Assembly (NCBI GenBank): GCA_015680685.1
Contig: MNCI01003377.1
Coordinates: forward strand, 244,760 to 308,759
DNA length: 64,000 bases
Source: Gnetum montanum
Lineage: Eukaryota > Plantae > Gnetophyta
Reading direction: 5' to 3'
The first letter of the stretch is position 1. Every line of letters starts with the position of its first letter. Of this stretch, positions 1-13,265 are shown piece by piece. The notes beneath the pieces are model-generated. The model was given only the letters and a program-made list of their open reading frames with translations, was not told the origin of the DNA and made no database searches. Position numbers and translations under genes: made by a program.

Positions 1-610
1 TAACAGACGATAGACACCCTGAAGGCTACCTTATCCCCAAGGTAACCCAAGGCAGTTCCACCAACTGTTAACGTACTATCCAAATGGAACTCCACCACAA
101 CCCATCAGATAACATCAGTAGTGGCAATACCCACAGTCATGGGGGATGCCACCATCAAGACAACAGTACCCTTACCGGTAGCTAGATGCATATGGTTATT
201 ACATGCAGCAGCCGATTTCTCCAAGTGACTCCATGGATCACACAACTCCCCACCGTCACTACCAAGTTCGGGAGTACTTTAGAAGGACTCCTTATCCTCC
301 GAGAGATGCTCCACATCCATACCATCCTCCTAATTCATCTGCCTCTCTTCCGTCGGTAGTTCCCATACCTCCTGCTCCAACAATGCAAGGGGAACTCTCC
401 ACTCAACCGTAGCAACGTAACGCAACGAGAGTCATAACCATTCAACCCGCTACTGGTTCTGACAACTATAAGAAAACAAGACCTTTCTTCAGAACCAAAA
501 GCCCAGACAAGCTCTCACAACCACAAGCGGTTGAGTCTAGGTATTCTCCTCTGACACATAAGGCTTCGGAGCTCCCTTCAGTCCAACAACAGAGCTTAAC
601 GCATACGGTT

Positions 611-1309
611 ATGTTAACACATACCGTAACCGACTGGATCAGGGTAGGCCACCTTTCCAGGAAACTATCTAACCCTGGAAGTCCCTTAATCTACCTCCAA
701 GTCATCGGGAATGAACCACATAGGGCTCTTCTTGACTTAGGTTCTGGAGTTAACTTAATCTCACGAGAACTGTATCAAGCCTGGAACTTGCCCCAACTCA
801 AGAAGAGCAACATTCAACTAGAGCTGGAAGACCAGTCCATCACCATTCCTTTGGAATTGGTAGAGAACATAGTTACCACTGTGTATGGTTGGTCATACCC
901 AATCGATTTCCTGGTGATTGAAGTTAACAACAACAAAGGGAACTTCCCAATTATAATGGGAAGGGCATGGCTAAGCACAATAGATGCATGCCTAGGGATT
1001 CATTATCTTTCCTTGAAGATATCTAAGGTAAATATTTATGGAAAGATTGAGAAGAAGAAAGTTCCATGCATCACATACAATGATTCATTGGGTGATGACA
1101 TGGAGGAATGCTTGGCATCTCCTCCATGCAACAGGTGTGCCCTTGAAAATCTGAGACAAAGATGCATGTATGTAGCAACCACACAAGTAGTAGACACCCC
1201 GTGGTTGACAACTAGTCAAAAGAGCAAACCAACATACATGGAACAAATTGGGGGAACAACTCATGCCCACAATGAAGGCATAGATACATTGGAATATGAG
1301 TGTCACTAA
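611..1309 (+). pseudogene. Retrotransposon aspartic protease (C-terminal part of gag-PR)
   Basis: ALLDLGSGVNLI active-site motif and DFLVI...FPIIMGRAWL. Collinear with the A3 protease at 45533-46077 (-). Upstream 1-610 is the Pro/His-rich gag tail homologous to 46080-46700 (-). Confidence 0.88.
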
Positions 1310-1454
1310 CTTCCACCCCTTAATCTAAGAACATCAATGGGGAGATGTTGGGCACTTCTAAGAAATTCAAATAGGTGCTCGTTATTTTAGATCTCTCCCT
1401 TTCCATTTAGTCATGCTAATCATTTGGGGGCCCTCAGTTCTTTTTAATTTTTAT

Positions 1455-1665
1455 TTACACATTTTTATTTTCCACATTTTTGTTTTACACGTTTTTGTTT
1501 TACATGTTTTTGTTTTACACGTTTTTTTTCCACATTTTTGTTTTACACATTTTTGTTTTACACATTTTTTTACATGTTTTTGTCTTACATATTTTTTTAC
1601 AAATTTCTTTAACTTTTCTTGTTTTTGTTTTACAAATTTCTTTAAATTTTCTTGTTTTTATTTTT
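1455..1665. repeat. Tandem repeat of ~15-bp unit TTTTGTTTTACACAT, T-rich
   Basis: Directly visible, about 9 degenerate copies. It explains the low-complexity ORFs 1413-1679 and 1480-1779. Confidence 0.85.
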
Positions 1666-1690
1666 CAACATCGTTATAATTTTTCATTTT

Positions 1691-1712
1691 GTGTGTGTGT
1701 GTGTGTGTGTGT
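1691..1712. repeat. (GT)11 microsatellite
   Basis: Directly visible. Confidence 0.95.
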
Positions 1713-3090
1713 TCTCCACCTTGTAAGTTGTCACCCAATAAGTGTTCTTAATGATGGTATGAACTATTTTTCATATTGATTGCTAATTTTTGGTTTTTAC
1801 CTTTAAGTCATGATGTTGTTACTAAGCTATGGTTCTTTTGATATAGCAAGCAATGAGTTCACTTCATCCATTCATCCACCAGTTCTATGGTCTCTCTCGG
1901 TTTGGAAATGTACAATCCCTTTCATCATAAGAACTTTTAACGAATTAGTGATTGGGCATTTCTCAAACTAAGGAAGGACTCAAGTATTGAAAAGGGTGTG
2001 ACTTCAAGGAAACTTGATGCATTTGTGTTGGCCATTCTCTTGGATGCTTGGATGTTTTCTTCTTGAGTTTTCTTGCCGCTTCGACATTACCTCATTATTG
2101 GGAAGCTAAGCAAATAAAAATAACAAAGTCTTTGCATGGTGTGGTTCTCACGCATAAATATATATAACACAAAAAAAAATTGTAAGAATTCAAAGCACAC
2201 CCCTTAGATGAAATAACCATTTGGGCTACAAGCACTGGTTATGGAACTAAAATAAAAATGTTCCCTCTAACTAAGGCTCGTCTCACTCCCCATTCTCTCC
2301 TCCTTGTTTCGTTGGAATGGTGGTGACTCTTTGGTGGAGACATTCTTATTACTTCAAGGGGATGGATTGGCCGAATGCATTAATGCGAAGTCACTGGATG
2401 TGGTTTGTTTGAGGCCGGACTTGAAATGGGATCTACTGAGTCACATTAATCATGCAACACACAAGGGGCTGTACACCACCTTGTTCTTGGGATTCCATTC
2501 CATTCTTTTCTCTCCACCCTTCTCTCCATTGTTCACCTCATTGTCGGGTATATCATAAGTGTATATTTTGGTTGACGCATTATTTTCTTTTTGGTAAATT
2601 CTCACAGTTAAGGCTTTAACTCTTGTTTCAAATGACATTCCTAGAGCCTACGTACTCTTTGAATGTGGGTTTTTCAGGGCATTAAGGGCATGCGCCTGCT
2701 TTAGGGAGGACCCAATGACATTCCTATTTAGTACACCAGTTAAATTATTTTCCTTAACATTTTTGCAATCTAATTTATTTTGTTCATTTTCATCTTGACA
2801 TCCATTTCATCGACATTATAGTTGTCTCTTTTTCTTCATCTTTCTTATTCCTTTTCTTTTTCCATTCTCTCGCTACCAGAGGTTCGCGATTAGTCATGGG
2901 GGTATGGGGCCCAATTTTTTCAATTTTCTCCTAACCACCCCTACACCTTCGGTAGTCATCAATATTATATCTCCAAACCCGCAATCAGCCATACCACAAC
3001 TTAGCCAATGGACCTTTCACAGAAGCAAGGTATCAACTGCATTGAAATTCATTTACCCTTGCTAATATAAAGATTGTGTTGTGTGTGTAG

Positions 3091-3276
3091 ATGGCAATCA
3101 TACAACAACGGATTGGATCTGGAGGGGACACCTGGAATGGAGCAGTGCTAAAGAAGCTATGCAAGGAGCAAGATCGATGGCACGCTTACGGATGGACAAA
3201 GAAAGGAGCAATCTTGGCGTTGGTAGCAGTAACACTTCTTTCTCTCTCTCTTTCTCAGCTACCAAATGAGGCCTAA
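3091..3276 (+). CDS. Putative 61-aa small accessory ORF of A1, preceded by a predicted 61-nt 5'UTR intron (3030-3090)
   Basis: CAAG|GTATCA...GCTAAT...GTGTAG|ATG. Same position and intron geometry as the accessory ORF of A3. The frame is open and ends in a hydrophobic segment. Confidence 0.45.
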   Translation: MAIIQQRIGSGGDTWNGAVLKKLCKEQDRWHAYGWTKKGAILALVAVTLLSLSLSQLPNEA

Positions 3277-3436
3277 TGTCAATGTATTAAGGTGTTCACT
3301 CTTGTTGCAAGAACACCAGTTTTGTCATGTCTTATAATGATGATCCATTCACATGTCATCCCATTAGTTCCATTTGAGTCAATAATCCCATACCATCCCA
3401 ATATTTTGTAAGGAACTCGAGGATGAGTTTTTATTC

Positions 3437-3449
3437 AGTCATGGGGGTA
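3437..3449 (+). promoter_or_regulatory. Polypurine tract of A1 (second copy at ~2892-2906)
   Basis: CAGTCATGGGGGTA lies immediately before the LTR TG. The same motif borders the A2 3' LTR (10727-10739, -). Confidence 0.8.
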
Positions 3450-4272
3450 TGATGGGATGCGATATCGCATGGGCCATGATATCGTGGCCACCGCAATATC
3501 GCATCATCCCCTGTGATATCATGTATGCGATATTGCGGTCCACTGCCAAGTCTATACATAAGAGGTGGCTCTCCCTTTGTTTGTCATCTAGATCTAGACC
3601 CTTAGCGAAACTCTAGTAGTTTTACTTCTCCATAGAGAGAATATTTTCCATGTGCTTGCAGTAGGAGCTCCAAAGTGAATGGATCTTTATTCGAGCAAAT
3701 ATTGTACCTAAACACATGTTTGTGTACAGCAATAAAGACGAACTTCTTGGATAAACCTTGCAGTGCATGGAATAGGCTAAATAGGACTTTTATTTATTGT
3801 TTACCATTTAATTGCTTTATTAGTTATTAACTCTCTCTCAACCCTTCTCTCCTAGTTAAGTGCCTCAGTACGACCACTTCGAGCATGTGCATTACGCTTG
3901 GTGATCCTAGTAACAATTAGCGTTTGGTAACCAAGGTTGCATTGGTTCAGGGTTTGAACGGTAAGTGGGAACGGATGTTAACGCTAGGTTAATTAAGACT
4001 TAGTTAGTTAGTTAAAGTTACTCAATTAGTCTCTTTACCTTTCACCTTATCAGCATAGGAGATAAAACTGAAAAAAGCTATAAAAATCATATACCTCAAA
4101 CTTACTTAACCATACACTGTGACAACTACAAGTAAGTCTGGGAAGACAACGAATAATTAACCTTAATTGTTCCATGAGGCGTGTAGGCACTTAGTCTATG
4201 GAGTTTGATTGGATTGTGCGTGTTACCCTCGTATTCGTATGGTTTAGTATAGGGGTACCTCGCCACTCATCA
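3450..4272 (+). repeat. 3' LTR of A1
   Basis: TGATG...CATCA termini. Alignable along its length with LTR 62058-62870. GCGATATCGC palindrome cluster at 3459-3540 followed by TATA-like CTATACATA. Confidence 0.93.
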
Positions 4273-4277
4273 ATATC

Positions 4278-7200
4278 CAACACTAAAACTCCTCAAGTTT
4301 GTTTGGTTCATTTATAGGATGAGCCTATTCATCTCTCAATTTTATTTGCATTACTTTTTAAAGGAACACTCTTCTCAACTTTGATAAATAAAATAGAGAG
4401 TATGATCCCTTAAATCATGTGGTTTCTTTCATAAATAAATCTTTGCTTATGAGGATCTTTCCTCATACCATGCTTTAAAGCTTCTCAAACTCCTTCTCAA
4501 GTAATATTTTGGCATGGTACCATTTATTTTCTCATATTTCTATCTTTAACTTAAAATATATTTTTACATAATTTGTTGAGAGATTCAAGTACAACTTGCC
4601 TAAAAAAACATCTTTTAATAAGATTCTCACAATCATATAGTCACCTACAAAACCTGTCAATAATTTTATTCAATGTTGGATAGCTACATCAACTAAACTA
4701 CAAGAAGTCCTAGAAGAGAAAATTCTCTTTAACATCTTCAAAGTAGTTATCAATGAATTTATCAAAGTTTTGATGATCTACTCTAGATCTAGAACTTTGA
4801 ATTATGTCTTTGAAACTATTAAAAAGTTGATGAAGTCATAATTCTGGTAAAAGATCTAGACTAAATAGCATTTAATAATAAAACAAATAGTTAGCTTTAA
4901 AGAAGAAGTCTCTACCACAAAATTAGGTCATATCTACTATTTTACCTTATCATGTTACCACCACTATTTTTTTAAAATCCTTAACTTTAGATAAATTGTA
5001 AATATTAAGCTCAATATAGCTAGTAATATGAAAATTACACAAATACTAACCATCAGTAAAGGAACACTCCAAAGCTTTATTCCAAGTATCATATGCTTTT
5101 AATCAAGTACTCTAGGCTCTTAGTCATGAATATGGATTGATGTTTCTAATTTAAAAATCCTTCTAAATAATCCAGAGATAGATTTCACTAAATTAATGAA
5201 CTCTTAATCCTTCTTGAGAAGTAGAAGGCAATCTAGAAGTTCCTAGGAGGTATGATGTCAAAACATTTTACTATTATCATCAAGCTCCTCAACATAACAT
5301 TAATAGTTATAATGTACTTAAGAATGACTTTAGGCTCTATAGTTTGATTTTATAGCATAGTTTTCAAATCAATTTTTTTTTTGTTTCCAAAGATCACTAT
5401 ATTAGTGATATTTCTATTTAGTTGGAGGACATTTGCTAGCCTTTTGAACTAGAGATATTAAAAAATGATATGTCATCCTCATTACTCTTATCGAACATAA
5501 CAGTCAAAACTTAAAAATATTTTAGAATATCCTTTGCACCTATAATTTCATCTCTACTTTCCATCTAGAATAGAAGCCTAAGTTTAAACATCATTTTATA
5601 TTCAAGGTACCTCACCAAACCCTTCAACAAACTTATTTTTCTCCTACATCTTCCCAACAATGGAATAACATTGCCAATGTACCCTTAATTCTAACTTATC
5701 CTTCATCATTTACTCCTATAGTGTAGGCGCCTTGTTTTTCTTCTTTTATTCTACTTGGTTCTCCATCAACCTCTGTTCCAACAACATCCACTTCCTAATC
5801 TATGCTAATGTAATCCTCATCTATCCATACAACTTATTCTATTCCCATCAATATGAATGCATCATCTTCTTCTCTCCTTCAAATGCCTAAATTCTAGATC
5901 TTGACAAGGAGTCAATAGGACTCTTCATCATAAGAAAATATAGAAGGAAAAGTTATGATTGATCAATCAAAGCAAGCTCAAACACCTAAGCAATCCAATA
6001 AAAAGAATCCTACTCAGTGTAAGCCTAGTCCTAATTAAGCTCACTCTTTATTAGCTTTTACAATACCATTAAACTACTTAGTAGCTTACCTATGATCCTT
6101 TTGTGTATATCTTTTATAATATTCTATCACTTATTGTATAAATTTATTTACAACTATTCTATTTCCAATCCAAAGCTTCTAAGAACATTCATAATTTTCT
6201 TTACTTAAAGTAGTGATTTCTCCTTAAGTCATTCTTATGTTTTCAAACTCATTTAATAAATTTTGAACCTTTAATTGCCTCATAACATTTGATTCCTTAA
6301 AAATATTTTGAAAAATTTCTCATATTTCTTTTGTTGTAGGATAGTGTGCTATTTTTACATAGTCTTCTAAGCTCATAAATAGATATATTGCATTTATGAC
6401 TTTGACATTATCTTTCTCCTTGACCTTTTCTTCTTGAAAATATTTTATAGGATCCTTTAAGTAGGTTACATCATTTTTTTTCTTTGTACCAAAATGACTA
6501 TATTCCATTATTAAATAGATTTAATGTGAATTTGTATCTATATCTTCTAGAAAGAAAAATCTATTCTATCAAAAGATGAAATGATCAAATTCATTATTTG
6601 AGCCATCCTTTGAAGTTCACTTCTAACTTGGTAAGTCATGTGAAGAACTTACTTTGATATCAATTGTTAAGAAATGTTAAAAATAAAAATAAAGATGAAT
6701 AAATTTTAGTGGTTAATTTTTAAAACTATTTTTTAAATCTTATATCTTAACTAATTATGAAATATCATAATAATAATTTAATTTTTCTTAGTTAATAAAC
6801 TTTGTGAGTTTATCTTAATTAATCTCTTTACATGTACTCATTTACTTCCCTTTATTCTTCTTATTATTAGTGAAAAAAGAAAAAAAGGGATAAGGGATAG
6901 AGAAAAATTTTGTTAACAAGGTTTTTACTTGGTAATCCTTAGTCAAGAGAGTGTCTAATTTGCTTCTCTTTTTTATTTAAAAAATCTAGCTTTAATAGCT
7001 CATTAAAAACTAAATAATAAAAATTCTTGCAAGACTATGAATAAATTAAGCCCAATAATAACTCTTAATCGACTTCACAAAGTAACTTTAAATCTTTTAA
7101 AATCTTTACAATATTATTTTTTGTAATATCACAAATTGACCATGTGTTGTGGCAAGGACTACAAAGTAGACCATGATTCATGGCAAGATCATAATATCCA

Positions 7201-8400
7201 AAAATAAACAAAATTAATTCTTTTCTATGATACTACATGTTTTATGAGTAATGACGAGTTCATAGTGATCATTGAAAATTTTTTAAAAATTGGAAACAAA
7301 ACCTCAATTATCTCTATGCAAATCAAAATTGGTTCTTGAGTCATGGTTTGGGCTCTAATTAGACCACAAGTCATGTTGAGGCTATTGTAAGCTTACAATG
7401 CAAAAATAAAAAGCAATTAATTCAAGTGTCTCATGTTTCTAAGAGAAGGATATGATGATGATGAATTAATTCAAAACATTAATCTAAAGATCAATCAAGC
7501 TTGAAGTTTTTGAGTCTTAAGAAAAATCAATGTTTTAAAGGAAAATCTATGGCCCATTTCAACATGAATACATAGATTTAAAGGATTTCAAATGAAACAA
7601 GGGTTCTATATCTTAAAATTAACTAAATCTAATTTTCTTTGTCTAGAACTAACATAAACTAAGATCAATGCCTCAAATGTGTAAATGATAATTGATTAAG
7701 GGATAATTTGAGATTGCCTCTAATTCCTTGATATTAAGTTCAATTTCATAATGTAAAAGCTTACATCTATGCAAAAATTAATGGTTCTTGCAACATTTAA
7801 ATCATAGATTCTTGATTCTTACTTCATATTTCAAACATTAACCTTGAGAGTCAATTATGTAAGAGTTGAGACATTAGTGTAGAACATTAAGAGATTGTAA
7901 AATATTTTGAAATTGAATGTGAAAATGAATTTTTATTATGACCATATAAGATCCTATTAGGTCTATTAAATTGAAAAATGTACATAGCATAATATTGAAA
8001 AATTTTATTAATAAAACAATCTAAGGTATGGGATAGAAGTTTAAATAATTAAACTAAATTATGAACTTTGATATTCCACTTATATTTTATAGCATTTATT
8101 CTATAGCATTTTAGGAAAATATTCTCTTCATACTCAATCTTGTAAGCAAAGATAATAAGTGTGCTCCTCTTGTATCATTCATAGTCATTTCCCTATTTCC
8201 ACTCTAAAATGGTTAGATTCCATTCTAGGAAATAATTATATTTTGTAGATAAATTACCTCCTATGTGGTTTAACGAATAATTGTTATTTTCTATTATATG
8301 TCTCCAAAGTTTTTTCATCACTTGTTTTTTAATAACTTTTTATAATTACTTAGAATAAAAATTAAAAATATTTTCCTAAATGTTCTATCTTTATATTTAG
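4278..8400 (-). mobile_element. C1: degenerate Ty1/Copia element (5' LTR from 6665 rightwards, PBS, gag, uncharacterised downstream ORF remnant); right boundary uncertain
   Basis: PBS at 6651-6662 reads TGATATCAAAGT on (-), a decayed TGGTATCAGAGC (tRNA-iMet). Gag starts at 6606 (-): MAQ...FDRIDFSF*KI*IQIHIKSI, then TTKEI..LKVQNLLNEFENIRM (DUF4219/UBN2-type Copia gag). Confidence 0.7.
6000..6606 (-). pseudogene. Copia gag N-terminal remnant
   Basis: Includes ORF 6320-6508. Typical Copia gag motifs with stops and frameshifts. Confidence 0.75.
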
Positions 8401-8449
8401 GCTTTACCTTGTTTAAATCATTCTTTATCTTTAGTTTCTAAGAGGACTT

Positions 8450-9850
8450 CAATGTTGAAAGAATTTTTCAAGCAATGAAAAAGTTGGTAAATTATCCCTA
8501 ACTTCAAAAAAAAGAGGCTAAGTTTGATCATGGTAAGAAAAGTTTTCACATTGTGAAGTTCATAGTTTATGTACATAAGCAAAAAATTACATAGTTTATG
8601 TACATAAGCAACAAATTAACAAAGAGCCTCTATATCTAATGGCATTAATTTGACCCTCAATAATATAATATCATATAGTATTTGATATTTGACTTTGAAT
8701 TCCTCCAACAAAAATCATTTTTAGATTTCTTCAATTTTCTTTGACCACTTATTTCCTAAGGTAGGGCCTTAAAAAACAAATTCATATGAAATAATTGGCT
8801 AGACCATAGTGAAAAAAAATGTGTGTTCTAACATCCTATGATAAGATTGATTTCGTTTTACATATAGTTTGGAGTGAATACAAAGTTTTCTATCCTTCCT
8901 TTATCCTTTAAGAAATGCATTAATTCTATATGTAATTTTAAAAACATTGTAAATCCAAATATTTATAGGAAATAATAATCTTAATATTTTTGCCTCCCAA
9001 GTGGAATGTAAAATCAATATTTCTACTATTACAAATAATTACTTTAGTTCTAGATATTAATGTTCATTCTCATAGATTAAAAAAATGATACAACAATTAC
9101 TAAAGCATACTTTGAAACTCTTTTGTTGACCTAGAAATTAAGGTCACATCATCAACATAAAGTAAGAGATTTAGTATAGTATTACCCAAAGTAATAGATT
9201 AACTAAATAGTCCATCCATGTCTAACTTATCATTGAAAATTCCAAAAAGTGTAGGGAAAATAGAGCAACCTTATTTAATACCCACAAAATTATGAAATTA
9301 GCACTCTCAAGAGTATTACTATCATTAATTTATATATATACCTCTATGTACAAAAGCTAAATTATAAAAATAGAGGTATAGATGTTTCAATATACATTAG
9401 TCTTTGCTAGAGGTTTTCTTTATTAAATAAGTTACATGCTTTTGAAAAATCTATAAAACAAATCATAGTGGTCTTTCTTTTCCATTTCACATTATCAATG
9501 TAGTATTTTAAAGTAAGAAGATGATATATTGTTGAGTGATTCTAGTGAAAACCTACTTGTGACTTTGCTCTATGGTTGTTTTCTTCAACCCAACTACTAA
9601 ACCTACCCTAAAATAACTTCCAACAGCTTTTCAAAGTATTATTTATAATTATATTAGACTTATTTAAATATAATCTATTTCCTTTTTAAAAAAAAACATC
9701 ATCACTCTATTAACACTCTATGTCCTCACTAATCCTAGTTTAAACGCTTCTTTCAACTACTTCCAAAATAATAGTTCCTCCTCATCCATCATTCCCTAGT
9801 ATAAAACATAATAATAGAAATCATATTTTCATAAACTCCTCTTTATCTGC
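8450..9850 (-). mobile_element. L1: non-LTR retrotransposon (LINE, RTE-like) reverse transcriptase remnant
   Basis: Manual (-) translation: SSWVEENNHRAKSQVGF..HSTIYHLLTL...CFIDFSKA; GIK*GCSIFPTLFGIFNDKL; LLLYVDDVTLISRS; downstream VKYQILYDIILL..MPLDIEAL. No ORF survives. Confidence 0.85.
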
Positions 9851-9854
9851 TTAT

Positions 9855-10726
9855 TGATTGGTTGGGCATTCTAATACTCAACCATACAAGTCCTGAGTGT
9901 TCACATGTGACCTAATTGTAATATGTGGATGGATAATGTAAATTTACTAGTAGTTAATGTTTTGTTCATGATCATTGTCTTCTCACATAGAGTTAGTGAG
10001 GTGCAAGTTGTATGGTTTAACTCTTAGTGAGGTATATGATATGTTGATTTTGTTTGGCTCAAGTTAAAAATAAGTGTAAACATGATGAAAATGTGGAGAG
10101 AAAATCTAAGTCTAAGTGTAATAAGAGTAGAAAACTATTCTAGAATATGGTAATAAGTATCCCTTCTTGGCTTGCTATACATGTCATGGGCTAATGTAAC
10201 CATTACTGGGATTACCAAGTAACTTTACTACTAAACAAATTAAGCAAAGTTATCACTAGACTACCAAACCATTACACTTTATACTCAAAACTAGTCATAC
10301 TTATTCTACCTTAATAATTGACATGAGAAAAATAAAGTACTTGAAAAATGTAAAATACTTAATAATAGTAAACATTCTAAAAAGTAAAGTAAAATTAAAC
10401 TAAGTGATATACTACAATGGCGAGAAACGATCTCAATCTTTATTACCAATCATAAATTATGCCCAAGAAAAATCCAATTGAATAAATACTCTATACAACT
10501 ATTAGTAACCACACTATGGGCATTCACTTGAATTCTAAGTGTAGGTTATGAAAATAAACTACAAGAATCTACCTAAGTGTTAGTGAAAGTTGTTCATTTT
10601 GACACAATGGTGGATTGGTATTTATGGGCATGACCATGGCAAACTACATTGCATCTACAATGACATATGTAGAGCTATGATATTGTAGATATGATATTAT
10701 AGTAGATTGATACAAAGGTTTTATCA
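9855..10726 (-). repeat. 3' LTR of A2
   Basis: TGAT...ATCA ends. Shares blocks with the A3 LTR (CTCAACCATAC, TTGTCTTC, ACTGGGATTACCAAGT). The adjacent 10727-10762 is the reverse complement of the A1 PPT region. Confidence 0.8.
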
Positions 10727-10929
10727 TATGCCCATGACTAAATGAGAAATCATCCTTGAGTTAAAACAAAAAGAGGATGTAATTTCTTACAAAATTGTGT
10801 GATCATATACAAACTTTGACATGATGACTTATTTACATAATTGACTCTCCTATGAATGCCACATTGTGGTTCGAGAGATATTTACAAAATTATCATCCAT
10901 CACATGATTAACACATTTAACAAAAGAAA

Positions 10930-13265
10930 ATAAAACAACAAAGCTCAATGGTAGTCTATACATTCTAGGCAATGGTGGCTCCTCCATTAGCTTCTTTCCT
11001 TTGTCTTTGGGCTTTTAGAATTAATATATGTGAAGTAATATCCAAAGCTTTTCTTCCTCTAATCTTGGATCATGTACTATCGAGGCGAGTTCAATAATGT
11101 TTGCTAGACTTGGTACATTCCATTAGCATGACAACTATGGAAACATTTTATTGGCTTTCATATACCAAGCCATGAACTACCTTCTTTCTTCTTTGAATGT
11201 AGTGGCTATCTTTCTCAATTTTCAGTAATCTACCATTCTTGTAGATAGATTTGCTGCTACATCCTTCTGATCCTACTAGTTAGCTTTGATCACCTATAGT
11301 TTAGAGTTTGCAATGTAAAGTTTTTGCTATGCATCCTTCTTACCTCAAACTTCTTCTCATACAATGCATAAACTACGTCCACTTGCTGCTCTAATTTTGT
11401 TTTAGGCTTGTCTACTATTAACATGGCTAGATTAGCATATCAAAGGCTTGCTAATCTCATGTACTTTATTAAATCTTTTATCTATAGGTCTTTATTCTTA
11501 ATTTTGGATTGATGCACATGGGAAAGATGATCCAGATAGGTTGCCAATCAAGTGTCAATGTTGTGATAGAGCTAATCTTGGCTTTACGCATTTGGATTTC
11601 TTTCTCATTGATTTACTTGTACATGCCCACTTAATCTTTGAAGTGTCCCTTCCACCATTCATGTTTCTTGGTCTCATTTTTCCACACATTAATTTCAATA
11701 GCTAATTTTCATTATATCTCACAAACTTCTTCCATTGATAAGGTCCTATTTTTTGTGGCCAATTTTCTCATGTCAAGGTAAACTCTAGTAAACTATTCAC
11801 TCAGCTAATGAATACTTTCTTCTAGCATATTTTTTATTTCTTAATATTATTCAACCTTACATTTTCAATAGTATTTTTTTATTTTCTTCTTTTAAGGTAG
11901 TTAAGGCCTTGGCATGGGCATTTTTTTGTGCTTTTATCACTAAGGCATTTCATGTTTCCTTTTTCTTCTCCATCTTTATCAAGGAATATTTGATCATCAT
12001 TTGGTACATCTAGTCAGTTCTAAATTGTTCTAGTTGATCAAGCATAATGTATTGTATAGAGTCCTATCTTTCTGCTCATAATGGAGCCAATTCTACGTAT
12101 AGCCTTTGCACTTTATTTTCTACATGTTTGGCTCTGGTTTCCATCATGGTTAGCTTGCCCTTGGCTGAAATTAGTTTTGAACTACAATGATATCACTTGG
12201 GATATCAAAAATATTCTACATTACTTGCCCAATCTACAATAATTAATCTAAAATATCTTCATGGTCTTCTAGGACTATGGATGTTCTGGCTATGGTTTCA
12301 ACATCTCTTACTCTGGTCATATCAGCTGGTGATATAATGGAAACATGGAAAGACCACTTGATATCATCTATGATGACCTTAGCTACTCTTGTTGGATCCT
12401 AATATTGCATCATTAATATTGTGGCTCCTTCCCATGTTTCTAATGTCACTTAAGAGAATGTAGGGTTCGTAGATATCTATGTGCCGAGTCCTCATCTTCT
12501 TCTACCTATAATAATATTTGAGCACTTGTAAGTCTTATTAATACTATAGGCTTATATGAATTATCTCTCACTCTATACATGCTTGAAACCTCTCTACTTT
12601 CCTAGCTTATCATTTTGGCTATTTGTTATACATGGATCATAGAGGATCGGTAGTCTTGTTATGCTAGTGGGACACTTAGTCATGGTCTATCAATAGCTTT
12701 TGTTAATCAACTAGGTTCTTCTTACTCTATTCCTATGATTAGAACATTTCCTACTGGTGTTGACTCAGCTACTCTCTCAGTGCTTACTAGTTTTTTCACT
12801 TGATACTTCTTAGATGACATTGATTTTGAAATTTTTGGTAGTCTAGAATTCCTACTTGTTGGCATAGTCTTCTACTAAGGCAAAGATATGGTAGGATAAG
12901 TATTCCTACCTTTTGTTCTTTAAATATCCTCTAAATTTCCAAAAATAAGAAACAACCTATATTAGCCTAGAATTTTTCCATGAGGATGGCACTTCCTCTA
13001 GTGGCATAGGTGGAAATTCTAGTTAATATTTTTGTTGAAAAGATATGGTAGGCTTCAATTTTAAAATATATCTTTTTTATTGTGGAAAATTTCTTATATT
13101 CCTTCTCACTTGTCCCATAGATCCTTTGTAGCCATAACTTCTTTACCTTTGTATTAGACCTGGTAGAAATTTCAGCTATGTTGGCTATGACATTAGAAAG
13201 ATTAAATGCCTTAGCTATTACCTCAACTAAATATGGCATTGTGATTCCTTCAATCTTGACTATAG
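10930..13265 (-). pseudogene. C-terminal part of A2 accessory (env-like) ORF, coiled-coil rich; N-terminus at 31125-31539
   Basis: Located between pol and the 3' LTR. MPYLVEVIAKAF resembles LPFLCLIRKICK of A3. E/K/Q-rich decayed frame. Start TTGTAG|ATGGTTCCCAAAAGA (MVPKRP) at 31539 (-). Confidence 0.6.

Larger units (their letters stand above)
1..4272 (+). mobile_element. A1: Athila-like Ty3/Gypsy LTR retrotransposon, 3' part; non-autonomous (gag tail + protease, no RT/RH/INT)
   Basis: Protease ORF 611-1309. The 3' non-coding region is homologous to the post-integrase region of A3 (e.g. AAGGGTGTGACTTCAA at ~1992 vs reverse complement at ~41862-41877). PPT AGTCATGGGGGTA is followed by LTR TGATG...CATCA. 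Confidence 0.9.

Noticed and set aside
1413-1779. Phe/His-rich membrane protein ORFs
   Set aside because: Artefacts of a 15-bp T-rich tandem repeat and (GT)n.
6665-8400. Host promoter or gene in the AT-rich stretch
   Set aside because: No exon-like or coding signal. It starts at the C1 LTR edge next to the PBS, and I could not place the LTR's far end.
8561-8612. 29-bp direct duplication as a TSD or regulatory repeat
   Set aside because: A simple local tandem duplication within the LINE remnant with nothing inserted between the copies.
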